A stretch of 64,000 nucleotides of DNA from Mobula birostris (lineage: Eukaryota). How positions within the stretch are numbered: the stretch's first letter is position 1; every line of letters begins with the position of its first letter. Made by a program: the position numbers and the translations under genes. The stretch is from assembly GCF_030028105.1 (NCBI RefSeq), contig NC_092379.1:23801821-23865820 (forward strand). The letters run 5' to 3'. The notes under the pieces were generated by a model, which made no database searches, was not told the DNA's origin, and saw only the letters and a program-made list of their open reading frames with translations. Of this stretch, positions 12,468 to 23,155 are shown piece by piece.

Positions 12468-15330
12468 TGGTAACGGACCCAAATGCAGGGCACAGGCACT
12501 GCAGTACTAGGTACAGGCCAAGTTTTATCAAGAAAGCAAGGGGAGTCCGGAATAAACGACGCTGGACATGGACACAGGCCCTGGACGAGACAAGGACACC
12601 GGGTCAAGGCTAGGACTAAGACTAGGCAAAGGAATTTGGAACTAGGTGCCTGGGCTAGGACTCCAAGCCAGAGACTGATCAGGGACCAGGAACCTGGGTC
12701 TTGACTCGGGCTCGGAACCCAGATCTAGGCGAGGACGAGACGTGGCTACAGGACTGGACGTGGTTACAGGACTGGGTGTGGAACTCCTGCACAGGACGAG
12801 GCACATTGCAATGACGAGAACGCAAAGCCTTGACACGGACAGGACGAGTTTCTTGGACTAGGCTTGGATAAAACAGGGTTCTTGGACGTGGCTTGGACTA
12901 GACGAAGGATCCCCAGTCTAGACGAGAGAACTCCTGGACTGGGCGGAGAATCTCCTGGACTGCAGGGCGAGGCTCTTGGACGAGGTTTGGTTAGGATCTT
13001 GGGTACGGAGCAGGGACACCTCTGTGGAGCGCAGGGCCAGAGTACGCTCTAGGGGCAGGGCCGGGACCATTTCTAGGACGCAAGACCAGGACACTTTTTT
13101 AGATCCAGGGCCGGGACACGTTTTAGGATGCAGGGCCGGTTTGCTTTCTAGGACGCAGGGTCGGGATGACTGCTGGGGATACCAGCTGACGGAACCGCCG
13201 AGGTAAACTCCGAGGCAATTGTCGGGGATTGGGATGGGGAGGATCCAGCACAGGACGAGAACACGAAGTCTTGACTTGGACAGGACTGGAACACGGCATC
13301 TGGAACTTGGAACACAGGAACACAGAACACAGAGCCGAGACCCCTCCTTGAGGACAGGACTTAGGGTCGTGGCTCTACACAGAGTCAGCACCCCTCCGTG
13401 TGAACAGGACATAGAGCCGGGACTCTTCTAGACACGGAACACTAAACACGAGGAAACAAAGAGTCCCTTCCAAAGTTGACGACAGATTGTTCCTTATCTT
13501 GACGCGACAAGGCTCCAGTCTCTCTCCGGCGGGTTAACTGAAAGGGCAATTCTGACGAAGTGGTAGAAGAAGGTGGTAGACGAAGGTAGCAGGCGAGGTA
13601 GCAGGCTAGGATTCGGAAGGAAGGGGAAGGGAACAGTCCAGCAGGAAATCCTTGGTTTACAGAAGGATTGATGTGCCAGCCCAATACGAGAATCAGGTAC
13701 CTCAATTAAGGCACCCAATGGAACAAGGGAAAACAGGAAACCACGGAATAAGGATCGATGAATGGAATGCGGATTTCACGGACTGGACCATGACGGTAAC
13801 ATCATCCTCCCCTCCCTCCATGGGATCCTCCTGGCCACCGAAAAGTCTCTCCAGGACTAAGCACAACCTGGGCAGTGGCGGGGGGGGGGGGCGTTGTAAG
13901 TTTAGTATTCAACAGGAGGGCCCCCCAGGATGGCGAGAGTTAAACGACAGTGTCTGTGTTGCTGGGTCCATGTATGAATGGACTTTTCTTACATAAGCGG
14001 GCGTTGGGAACGACCCAAGTGCAAAACAAAGTCACTGGAGTACTGGGAACAGGTCAAGTTTTATGAAGAAAGCAAGGGAAGTCAGAAAGAAACGACACTC
14101 GACCTGGACAGGCCTTGGACGGGACCAGGACGCCAGACCTGGGCTAGGACTAAAACGAGAAAAAGCAGGACCAGGGCAAGGAACATAGAACTAGGAGCTT
14201 TGTCTAGGACTCCAGAGACTGGACAAGGACCCGGAACCTGGGTCTTGACTCAGGTTCGGAGCCCGGATCTAGGCAAGTACAAAACGTGGCCAGGCTGCAG
14301 GTCTGGATGTGGAACTCCTGCAATGGACGAGAACACAAAGCCTTGGTTTGGACAGGACGAGATTCTTGCACTAGGATTAGACAAGACGAGGTACTTGGAC
14401 GTGGCTTGAACTAGACGGGATACCTGGACGTGGCTTGGATTAGACGAGGTTCTTGCACATGGCTTGGAGTAGACGAGGGCCTCCTGGACTGGACGAGGGA
14501 TGTCCTGGACTGGACGAGGGAACGCCTGTACTGGGCGAGGAACTCCAGAGCAGGGAAAGGAAATCCAGGGCAGGGCTTGTAACTCCCGGGCAGGGCGAGG
14601 AACTCCAGGTCAGGACGTGGCTCTTGGACAAGGTTTGGTTCGGCTTGATTAGGCTCTTGGGCACGAAGCCAGGACTCCTCTTTGGAGTGCAGCCTTGGGA
14701 CGCAGGGCGGGTCCATTTCTAGAAGGCAGTTCTGGGACTCTTTCTAGGACGCAGGGCCGGGACACTTTCTAGGACGTAAGTCCGGGATGACTGCCGAGGA
14801 TAGTAAGGGAGGGACCTGCCGAGGTAACTGTCTGGGATTCGGATAGGGACGATCCAGTACAACACGAGAAACTCCAGCACAGGACGAGAAGACGAAGCCT
14901 TAACTTGGACAGGAGTGGAACACGGCGCCTGGAACTTGGAACACAGAAACACAGAACACAGAGCCGGGACCCCTCCTTGAGGACAGGGCATAGGGCCAGG
15001 TCTCGTACATGGAACCCCGAGCCAAGACCCCTCCTTTGCAACAGGCCATAGGGCCGGGACTCTTCTAGACACGGGACACTAAACACGAGGACACAAAACG
15101 ACAGCTCCAAAGTCAACGACAGATTGTTCCTTAACTTGATGCGACAAAGCTCCAGCATCTGTTCGGCGGGTTAACTTGACGGGGATCTTTGACGAAGTGG
15201 CAGACAAATGTAGCAGGCGAGGTTGCATGCGAGGATTCGGAAGGAAGGGGAAGGGAGCAATCCAGCAGTGATTTCTTGTATTGCAGAGGTATTTATGTGC
15301 CAGCCCAAAACGAGATTCAGGTGCTTCAAT
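12468..15330 (-). mobile_element. Internally deleted Ty3/gypsy-derived element: two ~1.3-kb GC-rich LTRs (12468-13795, ~14005-15330) around ~210 bp
   Basis: Repeated LTR ends, PPT-like GGAGGGGAGG next to the 3' LTR, gag-like start ATG GAC CCA GCA at 13971; 5' LTR truncated at its outer end. Confidence 0.7.
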
Positions 15331-15382
15331 TAGGAAAGATATTCACAGTGCTCCGTCTTCCCATTCACCCAATACAGCTACT
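15331..15382 (-). pseudogene. JH 5' stub (13 nt) with perfect heptamer and 23-bp spacer, fused to gypsy LTR
   Basis: Plus CACAGTG 15344-15350, 23 nt, ACAGCTACT 15374-15382. Confidence 0.75.
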
Positions 15383-15688
15383 TCACTTGCTCGCCACATC
15401 CACTGATCTCAGAAAAGTGTCAACATGATCCCAGACCGGCAGCAGTCACTTCCTGGATTTGTATCCGAACTTCTGATATAGCTTTTCCTGGTCTCTGAAT
15501 AAAAGAGCCTTTTCACAGTTCTCCTGTGTGCAGACAAGAAAATTAAAGTCGAAGCAAGTTGGGCTTTTACTTGCCCAGAAATAAGCATTTGCTATTGCAG
15601 TCTCAGCCTTCAGGGATTTGACTCTGGGAGGCAACAATGCGGAATTCGTGGAGACAGACAGCGATGCAGATGCCCATTTGTCAGGACC

Positions 15689-15752
15689 AGTTTCTGTTCA
15701 ACTCCCTATCCATGTGGTGGATATCACAGTGCTTCACTGCACGTCAAGATCA
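15689..15752 (-). other. DH segment (D2-type, 12/12), core ATATCCAC at 15717-15724
   Basis: Minus TGATCTTGA-12-CACTGTG [ATATCCAC] CACATGG-12-ACAGAAACT. Confidence 0.8.
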
Positions 15753-16473
15753 GACTTCATCATACCCAGTCGAAATGCAATGGATCGCAGAGCCGGCCAA
15801 AGTATATATTAAACTCTCCCTCTGGGTACAGGCGTCCGACATAGCAGGTCTCAATCTCGGTCATCCCAGTCCTGAAGTAGATATGATATAACCAACCGAC
15901 ACCTTTTTCTGGGCTTCAACTAACAGCTCCTCCTCGGTAGTTGCGTTCGCATTGAGAAGCATTTCCAGTTGAACCTGCGTCATGCCGGATCGACAGATGC
16001 AAAGACAATTGTACCACGAATACACTAACACACGTAATTCTTTTTCAAACCTTTATTCTTTACTGATAGCATGCTATGGGGGAAGTTACAGACTGATCTC
16101 CCAAAAGAGCCCCGAATTGCACAATTCTCCACAATTTATGACATTGATCAGGTAGCAGGAAATCTGACGATTACAAGTTTAGGTAAATTAGAGTCATTCC
16201 AATTCCATGCTAGGATACAAGTAGATGTAAAAATAATCATTGCTTAGTTAGTTATGATTATTTAAAACCAATGCTATAGTTATACTTTGAGATACTTCCG
16301 CAAGATCAGATAGTTTTTTTTGGAACCTTTGCCTATATTTAGAGAACAATGACAAGTACGCCACCGGTTGCTGGGTAAAGCTTCTTTTTGACTGTTAAAA
16401 ACAGTAAGATAAGGCGCCCACAAGGTGATCGATCATTCGTTACTCATTTTTCTTGGTCTGTACCCCTATTTTC

Positions 16474-17845
16474 CTATCCCTTCACTCCATCGTTCCGCCC
16501 TTTTATCATACCATAATAACCAATCAAACGGGGGGACGAGAAGGGCAAAATCAATCTTTCCATGAAAAGCCGGTAGCCAGCAGTTAGGCAGGTCATTATC
16601 ACAAGCAAGCAATAATTATAACAATGAGAATAATCAGCCCATGCAGGAAATACGACTCCCGTGATCCTCCGTCCAATCATCCTAATCAGCCATCCTCCTT
16701 CCCTGAACCTTGCTTGATATCATTCAATAGTTTCGTAATAGACTGAATGGCATGGGTCACGTTGTATGATTCGTCAGTAACATGGGTGATACATTTGTCT
16801 CCGACTATGGCGCATACCCCTCCCTGTTGGGTCAACAGATAATCCACAGCATACCTGGTCTGTTGTGTGCAGAGTCGCAACTCCACGAATTCTCTGTTAA
16901 CAGACTCTAGGCCTTCCACCGTACTGTTTCCTAGTGCCGCCAGCCCACCAATGAGGTAGTTGCGGTTCTTTGTAGCTATGGTTTCTGCCGAACACCCTCG
17001 AGAGAGTGCTCAGAAACCCATAGCCCAGAGAACAGCCCAGAGTATCAGGATTCCTCCAGTCAGCACAGAATTCCTTACTCACCGCTCGAACTGTCAGTCG
17101 TCGTCGAACGTGGGCAACCTGAGGGCAGTGAACAGAAAGTGGTCCAATCATTCCTACTGCAAGGAGGTTAGGCCGAATGGTGGTACATGCAGTATAGGTA
17201 CCGTTGAAGAGTAACATATATCCTGTTTTAGCCCTGTAAAATGTATTTTGTAACTCAATATTTTATCATAGCACAAGTCCTCCTGTGGATACAGGGAGGA
17301 GTATTCAAAAGTCCCGGAATCTGTCGACACATGAGTCGCATTGCAATGCCCACATACATACTGAATTTCCTTAAAGAGGGGCACGCATTGTTCGTGGATA
17401 CATTTGCAAGAGAATATTCCATGGTTTATCCTACTTCTGCGGTCCGGACAATATCTCTTCAGGAAAAGTATCTCCGGGGGATCCCTGACAAGGACGCATC
17501 CCTCCCCCTTCTTCTGCAAAACAGAAGGGATAATCCCCGACGCCCTCGTCAGTAATCTCACAACCCACTCTCTTAAGACACTTTCCCCTGACACCCCTTA
17601 CATTCTGCCCCTCATTTATCCTCCACTATTAAGTCATGTTCCGCCCAATTTAGCCCTGATGGGTTAGCAACAAACAATGCTTCTACAGATTGTACCAAAG
17701 GATAACATGCAGTACGCTTACCATGCAAATGCATATGAGTCTTATAAAATAAATTGTCCTCCAGGCTTAATACCGTGGGGGCAATTATAACAATGAAAAG
17801 TCCAACAATAGTCTTCAGTCCACATGCGGAGCCCATCGTTCGCAA
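16474..17845 (-). pseudogene. env: ERV envelope, broken by stops and frameshifts
   Basis: Signal-like [20 protein letters not shown]; RRRLTVR; QQTRYAVDYLLTQQGGVCAIVGDKC (ISD/CX6C-like); hydrophobic TM region. Confidence 0.85.
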
Positions 17846-17849
17846 TCAC

Positions 17850-19488
17850 TTAGGTGGATCCAGCGGCTGTGCCCTCGAACCTTAATGGCCGTCGGTGTTT
17901 GCAGTAGTATCTGAAATGGCCCTTTCCACCGGGGCCAAGCTTGGAGTGCCCCCAATTGCTGATCAGTGCCGAATCTCCAATTTTCAACTCCGTCCTCTCC
18001 GTTTTCTGACCTTCAGGCTCTTTAAGGGTATTCTGTACCTGGAAGTGAAGAAACTTTGGAGAGGATGTTAGTTGGCTAAAGTACTTCTGCAATCGGTCCC
18101 CCATGACATTTAGATCAATTTTGGTGCGAGACTACATGTCAGTGGCCCATAGGGTCCTTCCAGGACGCCCATAGACAATTTCAGCTGCAGATATATCTGT
18201 AGTAGAGTGTGGAGTAATTCTCATATGGTATAAAGCCAGCGAAAGAACCTTCAGCTCACTCAGTCCGGTTTCGGACATTAACTTAGACAGCTTGTTTTTC
18301 AGGGTGCCGTTGACCCGTTTCACTATTCCTGCAGACTTCGGGTGGTAAGCACAATGAAACTGCAGTTCGATGCTCAGCACCTCACATAGCTTTGTATTTA
18401 CATTTTCGACAAAGTGAGGGTTATTATCCAAACTTATTTGTCTGGGCACTCCGAATGTTGGTATAATCTCTGTAAGTAACAACCTTACCATCGTAGAAGC
18501 TTTATTATTGGCGGTGGGAAAGGCTTCAATCCATTTACCGAACACATCTACAATCACCAAACAAAGCATATAACACTGTACGCGCGGTAGTTCCATGAAA
18601 GCAAGCTGAATACATTCAAAATGGCCACTTGGCAAGGTTTTTTTTCCCTTTCCTGCGTTTGTCTTTTGGCAAATAAAACAGGCTTATATATTTGCAGCAG
18701 CCTCCTCCATCCAGGGGTGCCACCATGTGCGGAGCAATATATTACTCATTCCCACCTTGCCGAGGTGGGTGTCCGGAAGCAAGCAATCGAGCAAAATAGG
18801 CAGCAATGCATCAGGAATACAAAATGGCCAACTGGGGTATGCCAGAGGCCTGTCGACACCGAACACGTACATCCGTGTGTCTTCAAAGTTGATTTTCTGA
18901 ATCAGGAGCGTCCCCCTGGAATTTTTAAACTGTAGCCCTGTCTGGAGTGCCCGGCGCTCGTGGTGTTTTAGTCCGGTTGAAGGCCAAGCGATCTGCAGTC
19001 AAAACAGTAGCAATTGCCTCCTGCTTGACTGCCAAATCGACCCTGTTATTCCCTTTAGTCACTGCAGATTCGTCTTTCAGATGAGCCGAACATTTAATAA
19101 TGGCTAATGAGATCACGTATCCCCATGAATGCAGAGCATTCAGAAGCGTATTGGTGTCCTGCACGTTTGAGGTTTCTGACGGGCTTGCCAGTAGGAGGTC
19201 ATCTACGTACTGTATTACCGTAGAGCCCCCGAGAAATTGTAAATCTCTAAGCTGCCAATGTAATTTACGTGAGAAAATGGTGGTGGAGTGCACGAACCCT
19301 TGGGGTGACCTAGTCCAAGTGTACTGCTGATCTTGAAAGGTAAATGCAAAAAGGTACTGTGACTCAGGAGCAAGGGGTATTGCAAAAAACGCATGCTGCA
19401 GATCTACTATAGTAAAGACTTGGGAGTCCGTTTGAATGTTGCTTAAGGTCGTAGCGGGATTAAAGTCCACCGGATGTATAGGCTGCAC
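17850..19488 (-). pseudogene. pol: ERV pol remnant: RT palm fused to RNase H tail, then integrase
   Basis: VDLQHAFFAIPL..PQGFVHS..QYVDDLLLAS; KCSAH..GNNRVD; integrase core IVDVFGKWIEAFP..AYHPKSAGIVKRVNGTLK. Confidence 0.92.
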
Positions 19489-19489
19489 A

Positions 19490-20280
19490 ATTTCATGCTT
19501 TTCTGTGTGAAGTCTCTGCCGTGACTCCGGAAATGCTCAACTGCCCTTTTCATGGCCTGCTTGTTCCTATCGGGCCATTCCATATCAGTTCTAAAAGCCT
19601 TGGACACATCCTCGGGGAGACACTTCAATATCATCGAATTAAACCTGGGCGAAGTATTGCCGGCATTATAAGCGGCATCTCCAGCGTAGGTTGCATAAAG
19701 GGAGCAAAAATCGCAGCGGTCCTCTCCCGCCTTTGGGCGGCATTCGAGGACCTTAGCGATGTCTACGGGGCGCTGCAAAGCTTTCTTTAGAGCCTTCATT
19801 ATTTTATCCACCTGTTCTGCGGGTGGGGTTGTGGTGGAAAAGGACTCCCAATTGGCATGATTCCCAATAGCTCCCCTCCATTTTTCCTGCTCACTGGTCG
19901 TAAGAGCCATGCAGCACTAGCTAAGAAGATGCTTGGGAGTCCCCTGAAACATTGGGATTGTGCTAATCGGTAAATACCTGAGGATCATTTTTCCTGTTGG
20001 GGGCCTGACTCACGATCATATCCATCTCTTGGGGCTTCAAAGGAGTATAAACCTGCATGGTAGCCACCTGGTCCGGCTGTCCTACCCTAAGATTGGCAAC
20101 GGTGCTGTTGGGAAATTACGCCGCGATCCCTCCCCCTCTGAGTCCGGAGACCCACTCTGGATCGTCATCGTCAATACCAGATTCATGATCAGTATCTGTC
20201 TCAGGGTCTATCAGGGGTCCGCCTCACACCAAAAGTTTTCGCCGCCTCCTAGCCTGGCGCCTATTACTTCCCCTTCGCCG
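19490..20280 (-). pseudogene. gag: ERV gag capsid remnant; MA region deleted in this copy
   Basis: ORF 19443-19910 is homologous to 49296-49799; ~1.15 kb present in copy 2 is missing here. Confidence 0.7.
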
Positions 20281-20609
20281 ATCACTACCAATGATCCGCT
20301 GCCCAATTTGTTAGCACCGGCAGGCTTTGATACTCGCAATACTTCGTCGGGGACTCTAACTCCTTACCTTACCTTACCTTACACTACGTCGCGGACTCTA
20401 ACCCCCCCTTTAACCTGTGGTACTCGGGCGATCCTCAACTCTGGTTTAGGAAGGAGTCCATCAGAAGATTACACACCAGACGAGGGGATCGTCAAGGTGG
20501 GCAATTAATGAGAGAGGTCAAGGTAACTCCTATCTTGTGGGTCCACCCGTCTCAGATCACCGCCACCGAGTCGAACTCTGACGCCGCCTCACGGGGTTGC
20601 CTCGTCTTG

Positions 20610-20631
20610 GACTCCTGGCTTTGGCTCGCCA
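20610..20631 (-). promoter_or_regulatory. Retroviral primer-binding site, tRNA-Arg type
   Basis: Minus TGGCGAGCCAAAGCCAGGAGTC matches the complement of the vertebrate tRNA-Arg(ACG) 3' end (GACTCCTGGCTGGCTCGCCA) with a 2-nt insertion; lies 3 nt after the LTR end. Confidence 0.75.
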
Positions 20632-21391
20632 AATTGTCGTACTGGATCGACAGGTGCAAAGGCAATCGTACCACAAGTACACTAACACACGTAAATCTTT
20701 TTCAAACCTTTATTTTTTACTCATAGCATGCGATGGGGGAAGCTGCAGACTGATCTCCCAGAATGGCCAGTCCAGACACTGCCCCCGAATTACATAATTC
20801 ACCACAATTTATACATTGATCAGGTAGCAGGAAATCTTACGATTACAAGTTTAGATAATATTAGAATCATTTCAATTACATGCTAAGATACAGTTAGATG
20901 TAAAATAATCATTGGCTAATTAGTTATAATTATTTTAAGCCACAGCTAGCCCATCAGTTCATCATTCGGACACCTTCCCCTTTTCCCCAGAACAGCCTAC
21001 CCCTTACACTATACTTCCCATATTTAGCTATGCCTTGAGATGCTTCTGCATGATCAGATAGTTCTTTATTTGACCCTTTTCCTATCTTTAGAGAACAATG
21101 ACTAGTACGTCACCGGTTGCTGGATAAAGTTTCTTTTTGACTGTCCAAAACAGGCGCCCACAAGTTGATTGATCATTGGTTAATCATTGTTCAGAGTCTA
21201 TACGCTGAGATTCTGAAATGATCCGCTGAGACCCTCGGCCCATCCATCCAGCATCCCCTATCTGGAATCACCGCTGAGAACCCGCTTTCCATTGCGTGGA
21301 CGAGCGGATTTGGCCCTTAACGAGCGGGATACAGCTGTGGCGATCACTACTGACCTTTCCCTTTGCCCTATACCGGTCGGCGATTTCACTG

Positions 21392-21915
21392 GGTTTTTGT
21401 GCCGTTCTACTCCCAATCTCTCTCACTGTGTGCCTCGCACAGTAATAGGTGGCCGTGTCGTCCAGTATCAGGGTGTTGATTTGCAGATAAACTGTACTGT
21501 TGTCCTTGGAAACCTCGAATCTGCCTTCGACTCCAGGCGCGTAATTTTTGCTACCGTCAGCCTATACAACGGCCACCCATTCCATCCCTTTCCCTGAGAC
21601 CTGTTTCATCCAGTACATGTTATAGATGCTGAGACTGAACTCACTGACTGCACAGGTCAGTGTGTGGGACTGTCCGGTCTTTACCATCGCTGACTCGGGC
21701 TGTTTCAGCTCGGTGTCGGACTGCACGCCTGTCAACAAAAGAAGAGCAGAAATTGATAAGAATGTTCCACAAGCATAGATTCACAAAACCTCCGAGAAAC
21801 AGTCTGCCTCGGGTAGATAATAAATTATGGGACACACACCTGGTAGGCAAAGCAGGAGGAGACAGCAATAAGGAAGGCCCCATATCTTGCTGAGCAGTGA
21901 ATCCGACTTCGACAT
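21392..21915 (-). pseudogene. IgH V pseudogene V2 (IgW-like): leader 21840-21915, V exon 21431-21728, 23-RSS 21392-21430
   Basis: Intact leader and GT/AG; both Cys and the Trp present; single TAG in CDR2 (21562-21564); perfect CACAGTG-23-ACAAAAACC. Confidence 0.95.
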
Positions 21916-22155
21916 TTTTGAGATCAGCGGCTTTAGCTGAGATCGGATTTATCGCGATCCGCCGAGAGCGCTGTTCAAATAGAGACGTAGACTGCCAGTG
22001 AGAGGAGGAGCCGCGATTTGTAAAGGCTCCCACACAATGAAACCAGAGACACAGATTCCTTTCCCCGCCCCCACAGAAATTACAATTTTCCAAAGTATAT
22101 TTGTCTCTGCACAGGAGACAGGTCAGCGGCAGTGACCAGATCAGGATTGACAGGG

Positions 22156-22828
22156 AGGACCCGCCCCTGTCTGCCAATGGAGCAGCAGTATTTTTCTGCT
22201 GCTATTAGTTTTCTTTCTCTCCCCCTAGTTTAAGCTTTGAATTTAAATTTTTACTTGTTGATTCTTGAGGGTGATGAATATGTCTATGTCTACAGGAAGT
22301 GGGAAGAATTTACCTGAACCTATTGATAAAGATAATGGGAAAGGAAAGGTGCAAAAGGAAAGATCTGATGAAATGCCATCGTGGGCTGAGGATATCGTTC
22401 GGACACTGAATTCAAAAAGGATCAGAATGGATCAATTAAAGACCAACTGGAAAAGATTAGTAATGAAATGAAGTCATTTCTGGGAAAACTTAAAGACCTG
22501 GAGACTCAAGTTATTTCACACGAAGAGGAATTGAAGATAACTAAGCAAATGCTGTCTGAAGCTGCAAGTCGATTGGAAAGATATTAAAATAAGATTATAG
22601 ACCTGGAATCTAGGTCTCGACGAAGGAATATAAGAATTGTTGGGCTGCAGGAAGGAGCTGAAGATGGAGATCTAACGGCTTACTTTGGTAAGCTTTCCGC
22701 ACTTTATTTCCTACCATTATATCAAAGCCGCCTGCTATTGAAAGGGCACAGAGGGCATTTATCTCGAAATCGAAGAACTCTAGTAAACCAAGATCTGTTC
22801 TGTTTTGCTTTCGTCACTTTAAAATTAA
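22156..22828 (+). mobile_element. L1/Tx1-type LINE 5' fragment (5'UTR + ORF1)
   Basis: DLESRSRRRNIRIVGLQEGAE..KPRSVLFCFRHFKIKD; absent from paralog at 53.44 kb; flanked by an 18-bp imperfect direct repeat. Confidence 0.85.
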
Positions 22829-22849
22829 AGATCTGGATTGTCAGGGCTG

Positions 22850-23155
22850 AGAGACACCAGCAGGTGGACAAACGTCACCCTGTGAGACAGGAAGTGTGAG
22901 ACACCGGTCAGTGGACAGAGATTCCTCTGAGAGACAGGAACTGAGAGATTCTAGTCAGTGGACTGGTGCCGCCCCCCAACCCCCGATACAGCGACTAACT
23001 GTCTAGTCCGTGGACAGAGAAATTATGAGAGACGAAGACTGAGAGACACCAGCTAGTGGACAGATATCGCTCTGAATGACAGGGACTGAGCACAATAGTC
23101 AATGGGGAGGTGTCCTCCTTTGGGACACCGTTCGAGAGACACTGGACTGTGCACG
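22850..23155. repeat. ~46-bp degenerate array upstream of V2
   Basis: Repeated (C)AGTGGACAGA cores, homologous to 2350-2715. Confidence 0.7.

Larger units (their letters stand above)
15978..21203 (-). mobile_element. Defective class I (gamma/epsilon-like) endogenous retrovirus, copy 1
   Basis: 3' LTR 15978-16492, 5' LTR 20635-21203 (outer end lost to a deletion that also removes D1), PPT AAAAGGGCGGAA, gag-RT-IN-env remnants. Confidence 0.93.

Noticed and set aside
12422-15158. Many 60-195 aa ORFs in GC-rich repeats (also 39.5-45 kb)
   Set aside because: Low-complexity LTR repeats with few stops; no protein family motif.
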